Shown here one piece after another: positions 24,380 to 36,700 of a stretch of 64,000 nt of DNA. The notes under the pieces were generated by a model. It worked only from the letters and a program-made list of their open reading frames with translations, was not told the DNA's origin and did not search any database. Every line of letters starts with the position of its first letter. The stretch's first letter is position 1. The position numbers and the translations under genes are program-made. The stretch covers positions 73,303,894-73,367,893 of the forward strand of contig NC_057711.1 in assembly GCF_004010195.1 (NCBI RefSeq), given 5' to 3'. This stretch comes from Chiloscyllium plagiosum. Its lineage: Eukaryota.

Positions 24380-24692
24380 GGGCAGCACGGTGGCTCAGTG
24401 GTTAGCATTGCTGCATCATAGTGTCAGGGACTCAGGTTCAAATCTATCCTCAGGTGACAGCTGTGTGGAGTTTGCACATTCTGCTCATGTCTGAATGGGT
24501 TTTCTCTGGTTTCCTCCCACAATTCCAAGATGTGCAGGTTAGGTGAATTGGCTATGCTAAAATTGCCCATAGTGCTTAGGGATGTGTAGGTCAGGGGTAA
24601 ATGTAGGGTTGGGGAATGGGTTACTCTTTAGATGATCGGTATGGATTAATTGGGCCGAAGGGCCTGTTTCCACACTGTAGGAATTCTATTCT
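24380..24692 (+). mobile_element. HE1/V-SINE-type SINE
   Basis: tRNA-like A box GGTGGCTCAGTGG, B box GGTTCAAAT, V-domain and LINE-derived tail. Confidence 0.85.
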
Positions 24693-25524
24693 AAATTAAT
24701 AATTTATTGTTTTGGATTTGATCCATTCCTTGAAATGTATGTTTATTGTTGTGGAAAACAGAGCTTTCTGAAATTTTCTTATTGGCCCCATCAGTGAGAC
24801 AAAAATTGACATCTCTTGCTTACAGAAATGTTGGACAAATCTGGCAGACAAGTAGCATTACACAGAAGTTCAAGGTGATATACTTCAGCAGGAAGAATGG
24901 AGGGGAGGTAGTATATCTTGAACGGAGCTGCAATAACAAAAAACCCATGGGAGTGTTTAACTACCAATATTTAACTTGCAGCACGACAAGTTGAGAAGCT
25001 TGTTAGCTGTGGGTATATTAGTAGAGGAATAAAATATAAAACAAAGAACTCTTATGATGCAGTGGTAGTGCCAATACCTGTGGTCAAGGAGGCCCAGGTT
25101 CAAGCTGCACCTGCTCAAGAGGTGTGTAATAACATCTATGAACAGGTTGATTACAAATTATCTAGAGCACAAAAAGCAATTTATGTTATACTTGAAAGAA
25201 ACATCGGCTAGGCTTCACCTGGAGTGCTGCGAGTTCAGTCTAGGTTCTGTGCATTAGGCTGGATGTTAAGGCCTTGAAGAGGATGTAGAAGATTAGGTAA
25301 AATGACAGCAGGTTCAAAGTAATTCATACACAGGAGAAGCCAGGGTTGTTTTCCTGACAGTAGAAAAGGCAATTAGAGAGTTCCAAAAACAAGCTATCAT
25401 AGATATAATGGGCAGAATGGCTTCCTTTTGTGCAGTATATCCTATGACTCGAAAGAAGAAATGTCATCATTTATGTTCCATCAATAAGGATAGAATAACA
25501 TGTGAAACATAATTATTGAAGGAT

Positions 25525-27350
25525 ATAATTTTTGTACTTCAGATTTTATTTTGATATGTACTGTTTCTGGTTAATACAAAAACTGTAAATAAATTATTAC
25601 AGTTTCAAAAGTGAACATGCATCAGTAGGCACAAAACTAAAGTTTTGCTGGATAGTAATTTCATTCAGGTCATGAGAAGTTCTGAGAAAGTATGAGTCAC
25701 AAAATCATGACCACAGACATGATGCACATTCTTGAAATACACTGGCATCAAATTCCAAAAAGATCATTCCTCTTCTCTCAAATCCTGAACTTGAGCATCT
25801 TGGGGAAAAAAAAAGTAATTGATTTAAACATACATGAAGGCAAAACTAAAATGATATTTATGCGAGATACATGAAATGTATACGGATTTAACAAAATGTC
25901 ACAATATGGGTGGCATCTCTCTTTCTACATACTCGCCCGGAGGTAGAAATTTAGAATGTTAAGATTCAACACTTGGGTTTAGAAGGAGACAATATTTTGT
26001 TTCCTCTATTGCATTTATCCCTAATGTTTAGCATATGTTATATTGTTTATACATATGTATGTGTCAGATTTAGGCATTTATAAAATGACTGTACAATAAC
26101 TTTTAACTTAAAATCAATACATGATAATTAAATATTGCCTCCTTGAATGTTTGACTGATAATGTTTGTTTCACTTTATGTTATATCAACACAGCAGAAAA
26201 ATACGAGTGTATCAGAATTTAAAACAACTGATAAATGTCAGAATCAAAAATATTCAGTTTTAAATTTTGCCTGCAGTTTGAGAAAATGGTAAATTTTATC
26301 ACTATGTTAGCAATACATTGATATGGCTTTACATGTTTGACTTACTAGCATAAAGAATAGCTTCTAGTGCTGCGTGCTAATTACAATAAACTCGGGTGTA
26401 ATTTTGGTGTAGAATGTTTCATTTGACTTAAATATTTCAAGACTACAATTACACATACAAGATAGGATCTAAGCACTTTCAGATATGTTAATTCACAATT
26501 TGGCAAATAATATAAGTAGATGCATAAACTTATTTTGGATTACAGAAGCAGTGTATTGATTTAAAGAAATATTTCCAATACAAAATAAAATAACATTGCT
26601 ATTTTTAAATAAAAGTCCATTATATCAAATGCAATATGTGTAGTCAAACATCAAAGATTAAAATGATGCATAATCATGAAGCAAACAATGTTTAGAATGA
26701 ATGTAATTATAATATATAATTTGTCTGATCTGTCACATATCCCATTCCATCAGAATACAATTTTTAAAAATTCAAAGTGTCTATCAACTGAATAACTCAA
26801 TCAACAGATCATTTACTTGGATAATTTTGTGAACATATTAAACTTTACGATAGTAAACTAAAAATAATTCTCATAAAAGCTTCATTTTAAAATTGTGTCC
26901 TCCCCATAACAAATTATGAGCTAACCAATTTTCATTTGGAAATTAAAAGCAAAATGGTGAATCTGATCAAGTTTCTATGCAGAAAATAAAGTGATCCATC
27001 AGTCTCAATTCCAAGAAAAATAACTGACATCGAGAAGTACATTAAGAGTTTTACCCAATTAATTTGGAAATCAAGAATCCACAAAGACATAATCTGAGAT
27101 TAAAATAAAACTAAACATCAAGTATCATCAATAATGATAGTATAAAGGATGATATTGCAGGCCTTATTGTAGTAATAAAGATTACAGAATTTTAAGAAAT
27201 ACCGGCAATCTAATCCAGTTTTCCAAATTTCATTAAGTTGCTGCATTGTGAACTTGGCTAACCTTTGAAGAAAGGTATCAGACTAAGTTAATTATCTTTG
27301 GTTAGAACTCATAGGATTCAGGATTGAAAATTCTAAGTGACTGACATATG
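25525..27350 (-). other. MARCHF3: Probable MARCHF3 3' UTR (about 1.8 kb)
   Basis: Repeat-free AT-rich block after the stop codon. A minus-strand AATAAA at 25545-25550 lies close to where repeats resume. Confidence 0.55.
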
Positions 27351-27509
27351 TCATACAATTGTCTCTTTTGAGTTCCTTTTCAGCGGATGCAGACCAAGAA
27401 GTAATTGTTGAGAAGGTGATGCATCTGATGGCTTTGGTGTAAGCAGTATAATTCTTTGATTGGTTCGACGCCACTCATTGTACAATCGACAGTGATAACG
27501 GAATGAAAC
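27351..27509 (-). CDS. MARCHF3: MARCHF3 last coding exon (cytoplasmic tail, PDZ-binding motif)
   Basis: TTTAG acceptor. Translates VSFRYHCRLYNEWRRTNQRIILLTPKPSDASPSQQLLLGLHPLKRNSKETIV*. This frame is absent from the supplied ORF track. Confidence 0.95.
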   Translation of the reverse strand, partial: VSFRYHCRLYNEWRRTNQRIILLTPKPSDASPSQQLLLGLHPLKRNSKETIV

Positions 27510-29016
27510 CTAAAGGGGTTAAAATAAATTCAACATAAAGAAGATTCTCTCAGATGCTATAATAAGCCAAACTTGGAACAGTACACCGCTCAGAAAGCTT
27601 TTGGGAATAAGAAAAGTTTACTCCTTCATCCAGTTAAGGAATGATTTATGATCAAGGAACAACTTTCATTTATCCAGTAGCTTTAAAGTGGAAAAGCATC
27701 CTGAAGTACTTCGGTGTATCATAATCAGACAGAAAATGGAAAAAAAACACAAAAGGAAAAATATTGGGATAGATCTAAACAGATTCGCTAAAAAGGCAAC
27801 TACAAAGAAGGAATTTTAGATCTTAAAAGGAGGAGATGGAGTGGAGAAGTTTTAGAGAGTGGTGGTGATGTTGAGCACGAGGATAGAAATTTTAAACTCA
27901 AAATGCATTAATTTGTCAGTCCTTAAGTGGGAAATGAGGATAACGTACTTCAAGGAATCTTCTGCCACAAAACTCTCCCATCTTCATCTGAAGGCTTTCA
28001 CATTAATGTGACTTTTGTAAACTACCATAATGTTAATAGGCTGATTGCTAATCAGACATTAATTTCTTTTAAACAGTAAAGAATATTTAATTTATGAGGC
28101 AAATATATCAGCAAGCCAACTGACTTCTGTCGCATGGTTTGCAGACACAGACCAGGACAACTGCCAGGCAGAGTCACAACATTGTACACACACAGCGCAT
28201 GGAGTCCTTAAAGATGAATTCGCTTAAATGCATGATACACTCAACAATGATCAGATATTAAAACGTAAAGATTCTTCTTTCTGAGGGTTGTGAATCTGTG
28301 GAATTCTTTACCATGGAGAGCTGTTGAGGCTGGGTTACTAAGTATAATCAAGCCTAACTACTAAGGGAACCAAGGATTACATTGTATAGGGAAAAGGGAG
28401 GAAATTGGAGTTGAGGTTCATTAGATCAGACATGATCTTATTGAATGGTAGAGCAGACTACATAGGAGAAGAAATAGGCCATCTAGCCAATGTCTTATGA
28501 TCTTACCAAACCAAATCTCTCAAAGCTAGAGCTTATATGAACATGGCAGCAAGAAGCATGCTATGTTTCTCATGTTATAAGCAGACTACATACAGACTGA
28601 GGCACAGCTAGAATATGGAAAAAATGCAAAGTATTTTGTGCTCTGTCTGTAACTTGGAGATTAATTAGTGGTTAGGAGGAACGTGGGGATTATAGTAGTG
28701 AGTTGAGAAGAGCGATGTTAGCATAATGATTTTAAACAAAATGTTATGAAACATAAAATGGTTCCTTGTAAACAGCCGCTGCAAATGAATGGTGGAAGAA
28801 ATGGGAGCATATATTGATTCAAGGAAATCCTCCAAAATAAAGCACATTAATTGAGATAACAGCTGTCTCACAGCGTTTGCTTCAATACTTTTAGGGATGG
28901 GTGTAAAATATTATTGCCTTTATGTTCCAAATACGATGTTCCAAATCGTATGTTCCAAATACGATGGAATGATTGATGTAAATTATGTTTACAAGAAAAC
29001 AATAATATGTACTTAC

Positions 29017-29226
29017 TAAAGTCCAAAATAGATAAATAGTGAACAGTGCAGTGGTTAGTGCAATGAGTCCAACTGCTTCTAGTCGGCTGCTGAAGTGTAG
29101 ATGATCCACGGCACCTCGCAAACACAGCCAGCCAGAAATTGTGGCTAGTGGGGTTATAAACAGGAAGCACACAATATCTCCAAACAAAGTCCGCTTCTCA
29201 TGTTGTGGGCCTGGATTTCTTAACCA
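29017..29226 (-). CDS. MARCHF3: MARCHF3 coding exon 3 (two transmembrane helices)
   Basis: CAG acceptor and GTAAGT donor, 210 nt. Translates [70 protein letters not shown]. Confidence 0.96.
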
Positions 29227-31793
29227 CTGAATGGGATGATAGAGGAGAGAGAAGAAAAAAAATCAAAACCCTTAATTTTAAAATTGATTTCAGCAAATCA
29301 GTTGTTTACTTCCTTTATTCAGCCTTCTAACAGATAACATACAAACTGAAGAAAACAATGATGTATTTGAAATATAAATGCAAAATACTTCCATACTGCA
29401 CAACGCAATACAGCTCCTTCAATTCACCTAAAGCTACTAGAAACCTTAATAAATATTAATTCATTAGTTCAAGCTTCCTTTCACGAAGGCCTTCATTTTT
29501 ATTTGTGGATCCACAATCTCAATCCCACTCTAAATAGAGCTACATAGTTTTTGAGCTCAATTCCATGCGAGCAGCTTAACTGCATTTCGATCCTTCATGT
29601 ATAGATGTCAAATAAACCTTGAAATTTTGCAGGTGTTGGAAATCTAAAACAAATACAGAATTCTGCAGTAAATCAGCAAGTCTGGCCTCATCTGTGGAGA
29701 GATTAACAGACTTAAAATTTCAAGTCCAGTATGAACCCTCATCAGAACTTCTTCAAAACTCTAGCTCAGAGTCAAGGAATACCATCTCAGAGTAAATGCA
29801 GGTGTTCAGGTCGGATAGGAGAAGGATTTCTTCAGAAGGTGATGCAAGTTTAGGATTTTTCTGCCACAGATGTCTGTGGAGGCTCAAATCAATGACAATA
29901 TTAAAGATTGAGATCAATAGATTTCTATAAATTAAAAACATCAGGAATATTGCAGAAAAATATTCAAGTAAAAGCTCAACAATGATCTCACTGAACGGTG
30001 GAGCAGACTACAAGGACTAAATAGCCAACTTCAATTTCTATTTTTCATGTTCCAGTAACAGCATGACAACTATATCTGCTCGGTGCTACCAGTGAGCAGA
30101 ATGAAGGATGCTGGGTAATCTAAGAGGGAGGAGGGGAAAAATTGTGGCAGTAAGAGCTGCTCCCTTTTGGACATATTTTAGGTGCTGGAGGAGATTTTCT
30201 CAAATTCCAGGAGCAGCAATTACTGTTTTATATACCGTCGCATTGTTTTGGAACTTTGGGGGACAAAAGATCAAAACAATGGCACTTTGAAAAGGAGGAA
30301 GACAGACAAAGGCAGTGACCACATGGTCAGAGAAAGAAACATGTGTCGGATACAGCTGTGAATCTGCACAGTTACTGCCTTTGCTGTTTGCTTTCAAGTA
30401 TCTCTGGACACTGGAGTGCATTTAGCAAAAATGGACAAGCAGCGAAATTCACAGCTCACCTTGGAGGAACCTGTGTTTGACAGCTCACAGTACAGGAACA
30501 GATTAGTGCAAAGTTTTTGAGTGTAGCCTTGCTGTAAATCTACAGTAGCTAGTACAGTGGGTTCTTTCTTCATTATATGTTTTCTTGAAAACTGTCTCTA
30601 GATTAATACTTATAACAAATTTTAAAAATATAAGTCTAGACTGGAGCAGTATCTTTTTAGGACAATAAGAAAGTGCTATTTTCTGGGTTTGTAGATTGTG
30701 AAGGAGTAAAGATGGCCTTTGGTAGAGTAATGTGTTAATCCTGTCAATTATAGAAGTTTAGGGAAAGTTGCCATTTTACTGATTATGTCTGCAGCAAGTG
30801 TCATTGGTTGCGAATCCTATCAAATCGCATAGATGAGTTGGAGCAGCAGTGAGAGGCAATGAAGAATTTACAGGAGCTAGGGGGTGTGATGGATGGAAGC
30901 TATAGGAAGGGAGATAAAGATGCAGATACAGTCAGACAGATGGGTTAACTCCAGGAAAGGTAAGAGGGGTGAGTGAGTAGAGCAGGAGTCTCCTGTGGAT
31001 ATCCCCATTTCAAACAAGTATGCTGTCTTGGCAAATATAGGGTTGATGGACTCTTGGGGGAATGTAGCATGAACAGCCAGGTTTCTGGTACCGAGAATGG
31101 CTGTATTGTAACGAGGGGTATGTTGGGTTCCAAACAGTCAATAGTGATAGTGGTCTCTCTAGTCGGAGACACAGTCAGACATTTCTGTGGCCAGCAGCGA
31201 AACACCAGAATGGTGTGTTGCCTCCGTGGTGCCAGAATAAAGGGTATCTTAAAGAGAGTGCAAAATGTTCTCAAACGGGAGAGGATCCAGAGGAGGTTGT
31301 TGTACACGTTGGAACCAAATGACATAGGAAAGGAAAAGAATGAGATTCTGAAAGGTGAATGTAGAAAGTTCGGCAGAAATTTTAAAAAAGGAGGTCCTTG
31401 AGGGTAGTACTATCTGGATTATTCCTGGTGCTATGAGCTAAGAGGATAGAGCAGATAAATGCGTGGCTGAGGAGTTGGTGCAGGGGATAAGGATTCACAT
31501 TTTTGAATCATTAGAATCTCTTCTGGGGTAGAAGTGACATGTACAAGAAAGATGGGATTGCACCTGAATTGGAAGGGGACTAATATAACCGCAGAGAGAT
31601 TTGCTAGAGCTGCTCAGGAGGATTTAAATGAGTAAGGTAGGGGTTAGAGCCGTGTGACCCAGGGAGATAGTGAGGAAAGAGATCAATCTGAGACTGGTAC
31701 AGTTGGGAAAGGGAGTGAGTCAAACAGTCAGGGCAGGCAGGAACAAAGCAGAGAACAAGGTAGGAGAGACAAATTAAACTGCATTTATTTCAA

Positions 31794-31981
31794 GGAGAAA
31801 GTGAGGACTCCAGATGCTGGAGATCAGAGCTGAAAATGTGTTGCTGGAAAAGCGCAGCAGGTCAGGCAACATCCAAGGAGCAGGAGAATCGACATTTTGG
31901 GCATGAGCCCTTCCTGAAGAAGGGCTCATTGCTCCTTGGATGCTGCCTGACCTGCTGCACTTTTCCAGCAACACATCAGCT
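31794..31981. mobile_element. Hairpin PLE pLTR remnant inserted at the LINE ORF2 start
   Basis: Inverted pLTR halves meeting at the HHR. 15-bp TSD CTGCATTTATTTCAA at 31779-31793 and 31982-31996. Confidence 0.82.
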
Positions 31982-32185
31982 CTGCATTTATTTCAATGCA
32001 AGAAGCCTAACAAGAAAGACAGATGAACTCAGGACATAGGAACATGGGACTGGGATGCTCCTTGGATGCTGCCTGACCTGCTGCACTTTTCCAGCAACAC
32101 ATTTTCAGCTCTGCATTTATTTCAATGCAAGAAGCCTAACAAGAAAGACAGATGAACTCAGGACATAGGAACATGGGACTGGGAT
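31931..32185 (+). repeat. Two-unit tandem duplication (126 and 129 bp)
   Basis: 31931-32056 is repeated at 32057-32185, differing by a 3-nt indel. Confidence 0.9.
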
Positions 32186-33620
32186 ATCATAGCAATTACA
32201 GAGATGTGGCTCAGGGATAGACAGGACTGGCAGTTTAATGTTCCAGGATAAAAATGCTATTGGAAGAATAGAAAGGGGGGCAACAGAAGAGGGGGAGTGG
32301 CATTTTTGAGAAGGGATAGCATTATGGCGATACTTAGGGAGGATATTACTGGGAATACATCCAGGGAAGTTATTTGGGTGGAACTGAGAAATAGGAAAAG
32401 GGATGATCACCTTATTGGGATTGTATTACAAACACCCCCAATAGTCAGCAGGAAGTTGAGAAACAGACTTTTAAGGAGATCAGAGTTATCTGTAAGAATG
32501 ATAGGATGGTTATGGAAGGGGATTTTAACTTTCCAGACATAGACTTGGATTGCCATAATGTTAAGGGTTTAGATGCAGAGGCATTTGCTAAGTGTGTACA
32601 GGAAAATATTGATTCAGTGTGTGGATGTACCTACTAGAGAAGGTGCAAAACTTGACCTACTCTTGGGAAATTAGGCAGGCCAGGTGACTGAGGTGTTAGT
32701 GGGGGAGCACTTTCGGGCCAGTGACCATAATTCTATTGGTTTTAAAATAATGATGGAAAAGGTTAGATTGGATCTAAAAGTTGAAGTTCTAAATTGAAAG
32801 GAAGCCAATTTTGACAGTAATAGGCAAGAAATTTCAAAAGTTGATTGGGGGCAGATGTTCGCAGGTAAAGGGACAATTGGAAAATGGGAAGCCTTCAGAA
32901 ATGAGATGACGAGCGTCCACAGACAGTATATTCCTATTACACTGAAAGGAAAGGCTGATAGGGAATGCTGGATGACTAGAGAAATTGAGGGTTTGGTTTA
33001 GACAAAGAAGGAAGCATATGTCAGGTATAGACAGGATAGATCGAGTGAATCCTGAGAAGAGTATAAAGGCAGTAGGAGTATGCTTAAGAGGGAAATCAGG
33101 AGAACAAAAAGGGACATTAACTAGCTTTGACAAATAGAATTAAGGAGAATCCAAAAGGTTTTTACAAATATATTAAGGACAAAAGGATAACAAGGTAGAG
33201 AATAGGGCCCCTCAAAAATCAGCAAGGCAGCCTACATGTGGAACCACAGGAGATTTGGGAAATACTAAATGAGTAATTTACATCAGTGTTTACTGTGGAG
33301 ATGGACATGGAAGACAGAATGTGGGGAAATAGATGGTGACATTTAAATAAGTATCCATATTACAGAGGTGGTGATCTGGACGGCTCCAAATGCATAAAAG
33401 TGAATAAATCCCCAGTTCCTGATGAGGTGTACCTTGGAACTCTGTGGGATGCTAGGAAAGTGATTGCTGGGCCCTTGCTGAGATACTTGATAGTCACAGG
33501 TGAGGTGCAAGACGACTGGAGATTGGCTAACGTGGTGCCACTATTTCAGAAAAGTGGTAAGGAAAAGCCAGGGGACTATGGACCGATGAGCCTGACATCG
33601 ATGGTGGGCAAGTTGTTGGA

Positions 33621-33705
33621 GGAGCAGAAGAGTTGACGTTTCAAGCACAAGCTCTTCATCAGGAATGAGGAGGATAAATGGGAGGGGGTGGGGCTAGGGA
33701 GAAGG
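33621..33705 (-). mobile_element. PLE pLTR fragment with an HHR motif at 33631-33666
   Basis: RNA sense CUGAUGA-A-GAGC(uugu)GCUU-GAAA-CGUC. Confidence 0.7.
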
Positions 33706-36700
33706 TATTAAAAGGCGGTTGACATAAAAAGTTACGTGGGATGTGTTGCCTAAGCTGAGTTGAGCTCATCTCTGACATTTACTTTGGGGTGCTGGAAAGC
33801 CACCCAGGTTAATTCCAAACTTAGGCTGAATAAAGTTGGGCATTTGGAAATTGTGATTCCAGAGATATCTGCAAGCCTTTTGTACTTTTACAAAAATGTC
33901 AAATATTGTATTGCTCTCATCTATCATTTGTCAAGAGGAATCACTACTTATGGCACTTTGATCAGCTGTTGAGCTAAAACCAGACATTTTGAAAGTCAAG
34001 TGGCAACACTTTATTTATTTACAACAGCCATTACTACCTGTTTGCCTCATTTCATAACATCATTGCCTTTTTTTTAAAAATCTCTTAACCTCCCAACCTA
34101 TTCTTCTTTGTTCGATTTGATACATCCTATTTTTCAAGAGCATAAAGTGCATCTCATTTCTAGCTGCCTCCAGTCTCAAACAGGAACACTGGACTCAAAA
34201 AGTTGTTTGCTTTTCTCTGTACAGATGCTGCCAGTCCTGAGTTTTTTCACGGTCCCCAGTTTTTATTATCCCCATTCCTAAACGGAAATGTTCCTCCACA
34301 TGGAGGGGGCAAGATGAGGTGATGAGAAGTGGAAAGAATTAGCCACTGAACCTGCATATCCTCACATTTCAACTACATTTCAAGTTAATTTCCAATGCTT
34401 TCTCACAGCACTCGCCACCTCTGTAGTTCTCTCATGGTTTTTCAAATGGAAATTGACTGTTTTTCTTCTTCATGTGTATATATTTCTGCTTCTCAACAAT
34501 CTTCCTTATCTTTTCCTCTGAGACACTTCTGGTTTCTTTCCTCTGTCCCAGAATATTTTTTTCACCTCTGTCCACAGCTTACTATTTTTCGCTTTCTGAA
34601 TCTGAGACTTTCTCAGTCTGTTCATGTATCCTGCACTTTGGACTGCCATTCCAAAAGCTATCCATATGCTACAAATTGACATTCCTCTTGGCTCATTGAA
34701 ATATCAATGAGTGATGCAAAATTCTCTGGTAGCTAAAATTTCATGTTTCGCCTGAAGCAATAGTTTCACCTTAATTATTCTACCAAAATTCAGTCAAACT
34801 TGAATTTAGCTATTAAACCTCCTCCTTTACTCCCAGAAAAATAAATCTTATCGTTCATGCCACACAAGTGCCAGGCAATAGCAAACTCCAACAAAACAAA
34901 TGTAGCCATCTCATTTAGTATTCAATGGCATTACTGTCACTGACTCACATGGACAACCAGCGAGTTACCACTGACCACACAATGAACCGGACCAGTATTG
35001 TGGGTACAAGAGGATTCCACTGCCACCATTCACTCAGCCAACAAGTTCTAATCTAGCTTTCAGAGAGAGAGCAGATGTACTTGTACTAGCTCCCCAAAGG
35101 TCATGGTAGCTTTGTTTGACCAATTGCAGTTGTACTTTTGGCTATTCTGAAATAAATCTTTTTGTTATTGAATAACAGTGCTTCTTGGGGAAAAGATTGT
35201 GGCATGTATCCTCTAATTAGAGAGATCCAAGACAAAGCAATGACAAAAGAGAATTGATGGCAGCAAGCTGCATTAACCAACCCTTACTCAATACCACAAA
35301 TCAATAAATGTAGTAGATAGAACAAGTTACCATGACTGGTCACTTTGGGAAAATGGTTGTGGTGGTGCAGTTCAGGTTAGTAGACACAGAAGAAAAGACG
35401 AACATTCAAAAAGCGTGTTTGCCATTTTACCAGAACTATCATCTTAAGATGACACAGACATTTAGTCAGTCAGCAGCTGAAATATGATTTTCAACAGAGT
35501 GATAACAACAGCCTGTGAAGGGGGAGAAAACATCCATTTTACCCGGTAAATGGGAAAATCCTATGAGAAACAGTGTATATTTTGATTACTGCCTTTCAAG
35601 TCGGAGATCCAGGAATCAGTTAGGTCAGGGAGCATGGAGTGATGGTTGAAGATGAATTGGTGAAGGATACGATGTACACCACATAGTTTTGGAGGAATTA
35701 AAAAGAATGAAGGTTCCAAAGATGACATTGGGATTGTAGTTTATAGGTGCCAATAGGCATGGGTAAATGTTTGACAGAAAATACATGACAATTTGTCAAC
35801 ATCCATGATTTAAATGTTGGAATCTCCATGACTATGAACGAGCTAGATGGGAGAGAAAGGCTGATACCAAGCTAACTCATGCTACTTAAAAACTTTGCTC
35901 TTGGAGAAACCATCATCTGATCCCTACAAAGTTGAGCCTATAGATTCAGCCAAAGCATCAATTAGTTACTCATAAGGCAGACTTTGAACTAGATGTTAAA
36001 CTCATCAGAAATCATGTTATTGCCTCAGAATTTGCTACTGTTGATGGCCCAGTCTCAATGTTGTAGAGAAATTTTCATACCTCAGTACAGTGCACCCTGG
36101 ATACCACTATTGACTCAGAAAGCTCTGGTCATGATTGGAAGCAAAATGTTATTAGGCTAAATTTAACCACTACCAAGCCATTGTCCTTCCTGCCGAGCAC
36201 TAGGCACAGAATCCTGGGTGAGCTACAGGTACCACGTTCTTCTTTTCTACGTCTATTTGTGAAATAAGGATGTGACTGGCAAGGCCAGCTTTTGTTGCCC
36301 ATTCTTAAATTGCTCTTGAACTGAGCGGCTTACTGGGCCATTTCAGAAAATAATTTAAAGGCAATCGTAATGCTGTGGGTCTGGAGTCACATGTGGGCCA
36401 GGCCAGGCAAGGGTGGTGGATTTCCTTCTTTAAAAGGCCATTTGTGAACCAGAAGAGTTTAAGATTTCACAGCCACCTCGACTGCAATGAGCTTTTAATT
36501 CCAGATTTATTCATTCGTTGAATTTAAAGTATTGCTTGATCGTACAGAATTTAAACATTGTTAAAAGGCGACAGGCAGCTTGAAGCTTTTAATTTTGCAC
36601 TCATCAGAACCAGGACATAAGAAGCAGACTTGAACAAAGGGACACCATTTTAGAAAGCATGAGGAAAGGGCTGATTGATTGGGCCATCATTGGCATGGAG

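Larger units (their letters stand above)
30060..33620 (+). mobile_element. CR1-clade LINE with 5' UTR, ORF1 and APE, 3'-truncated
   Basis: ORF1 esterase remnant (MVCCLRGARIK), CIYFNARSL at the ORF2 start, IWVELRN, KSPVPD and DWRLANVVPLF. The 5' boundary is approximate. Confidence 0.82.

Noticed and set aside
24380..24450. tRNA-like A/B boxes here and at about 25050, 38190, 41070, 46070, 48170 and 56580 as tRNA genes
   Set aside because: They are heads of tRNA-derived SINEs: no full cloverleaf, and they continue into SINE bodies.
31931..32185. Repeats as a CRISPR-like array
   Set aside because: There are only two long units and no spacers, in a eukaryotic retroelement context.
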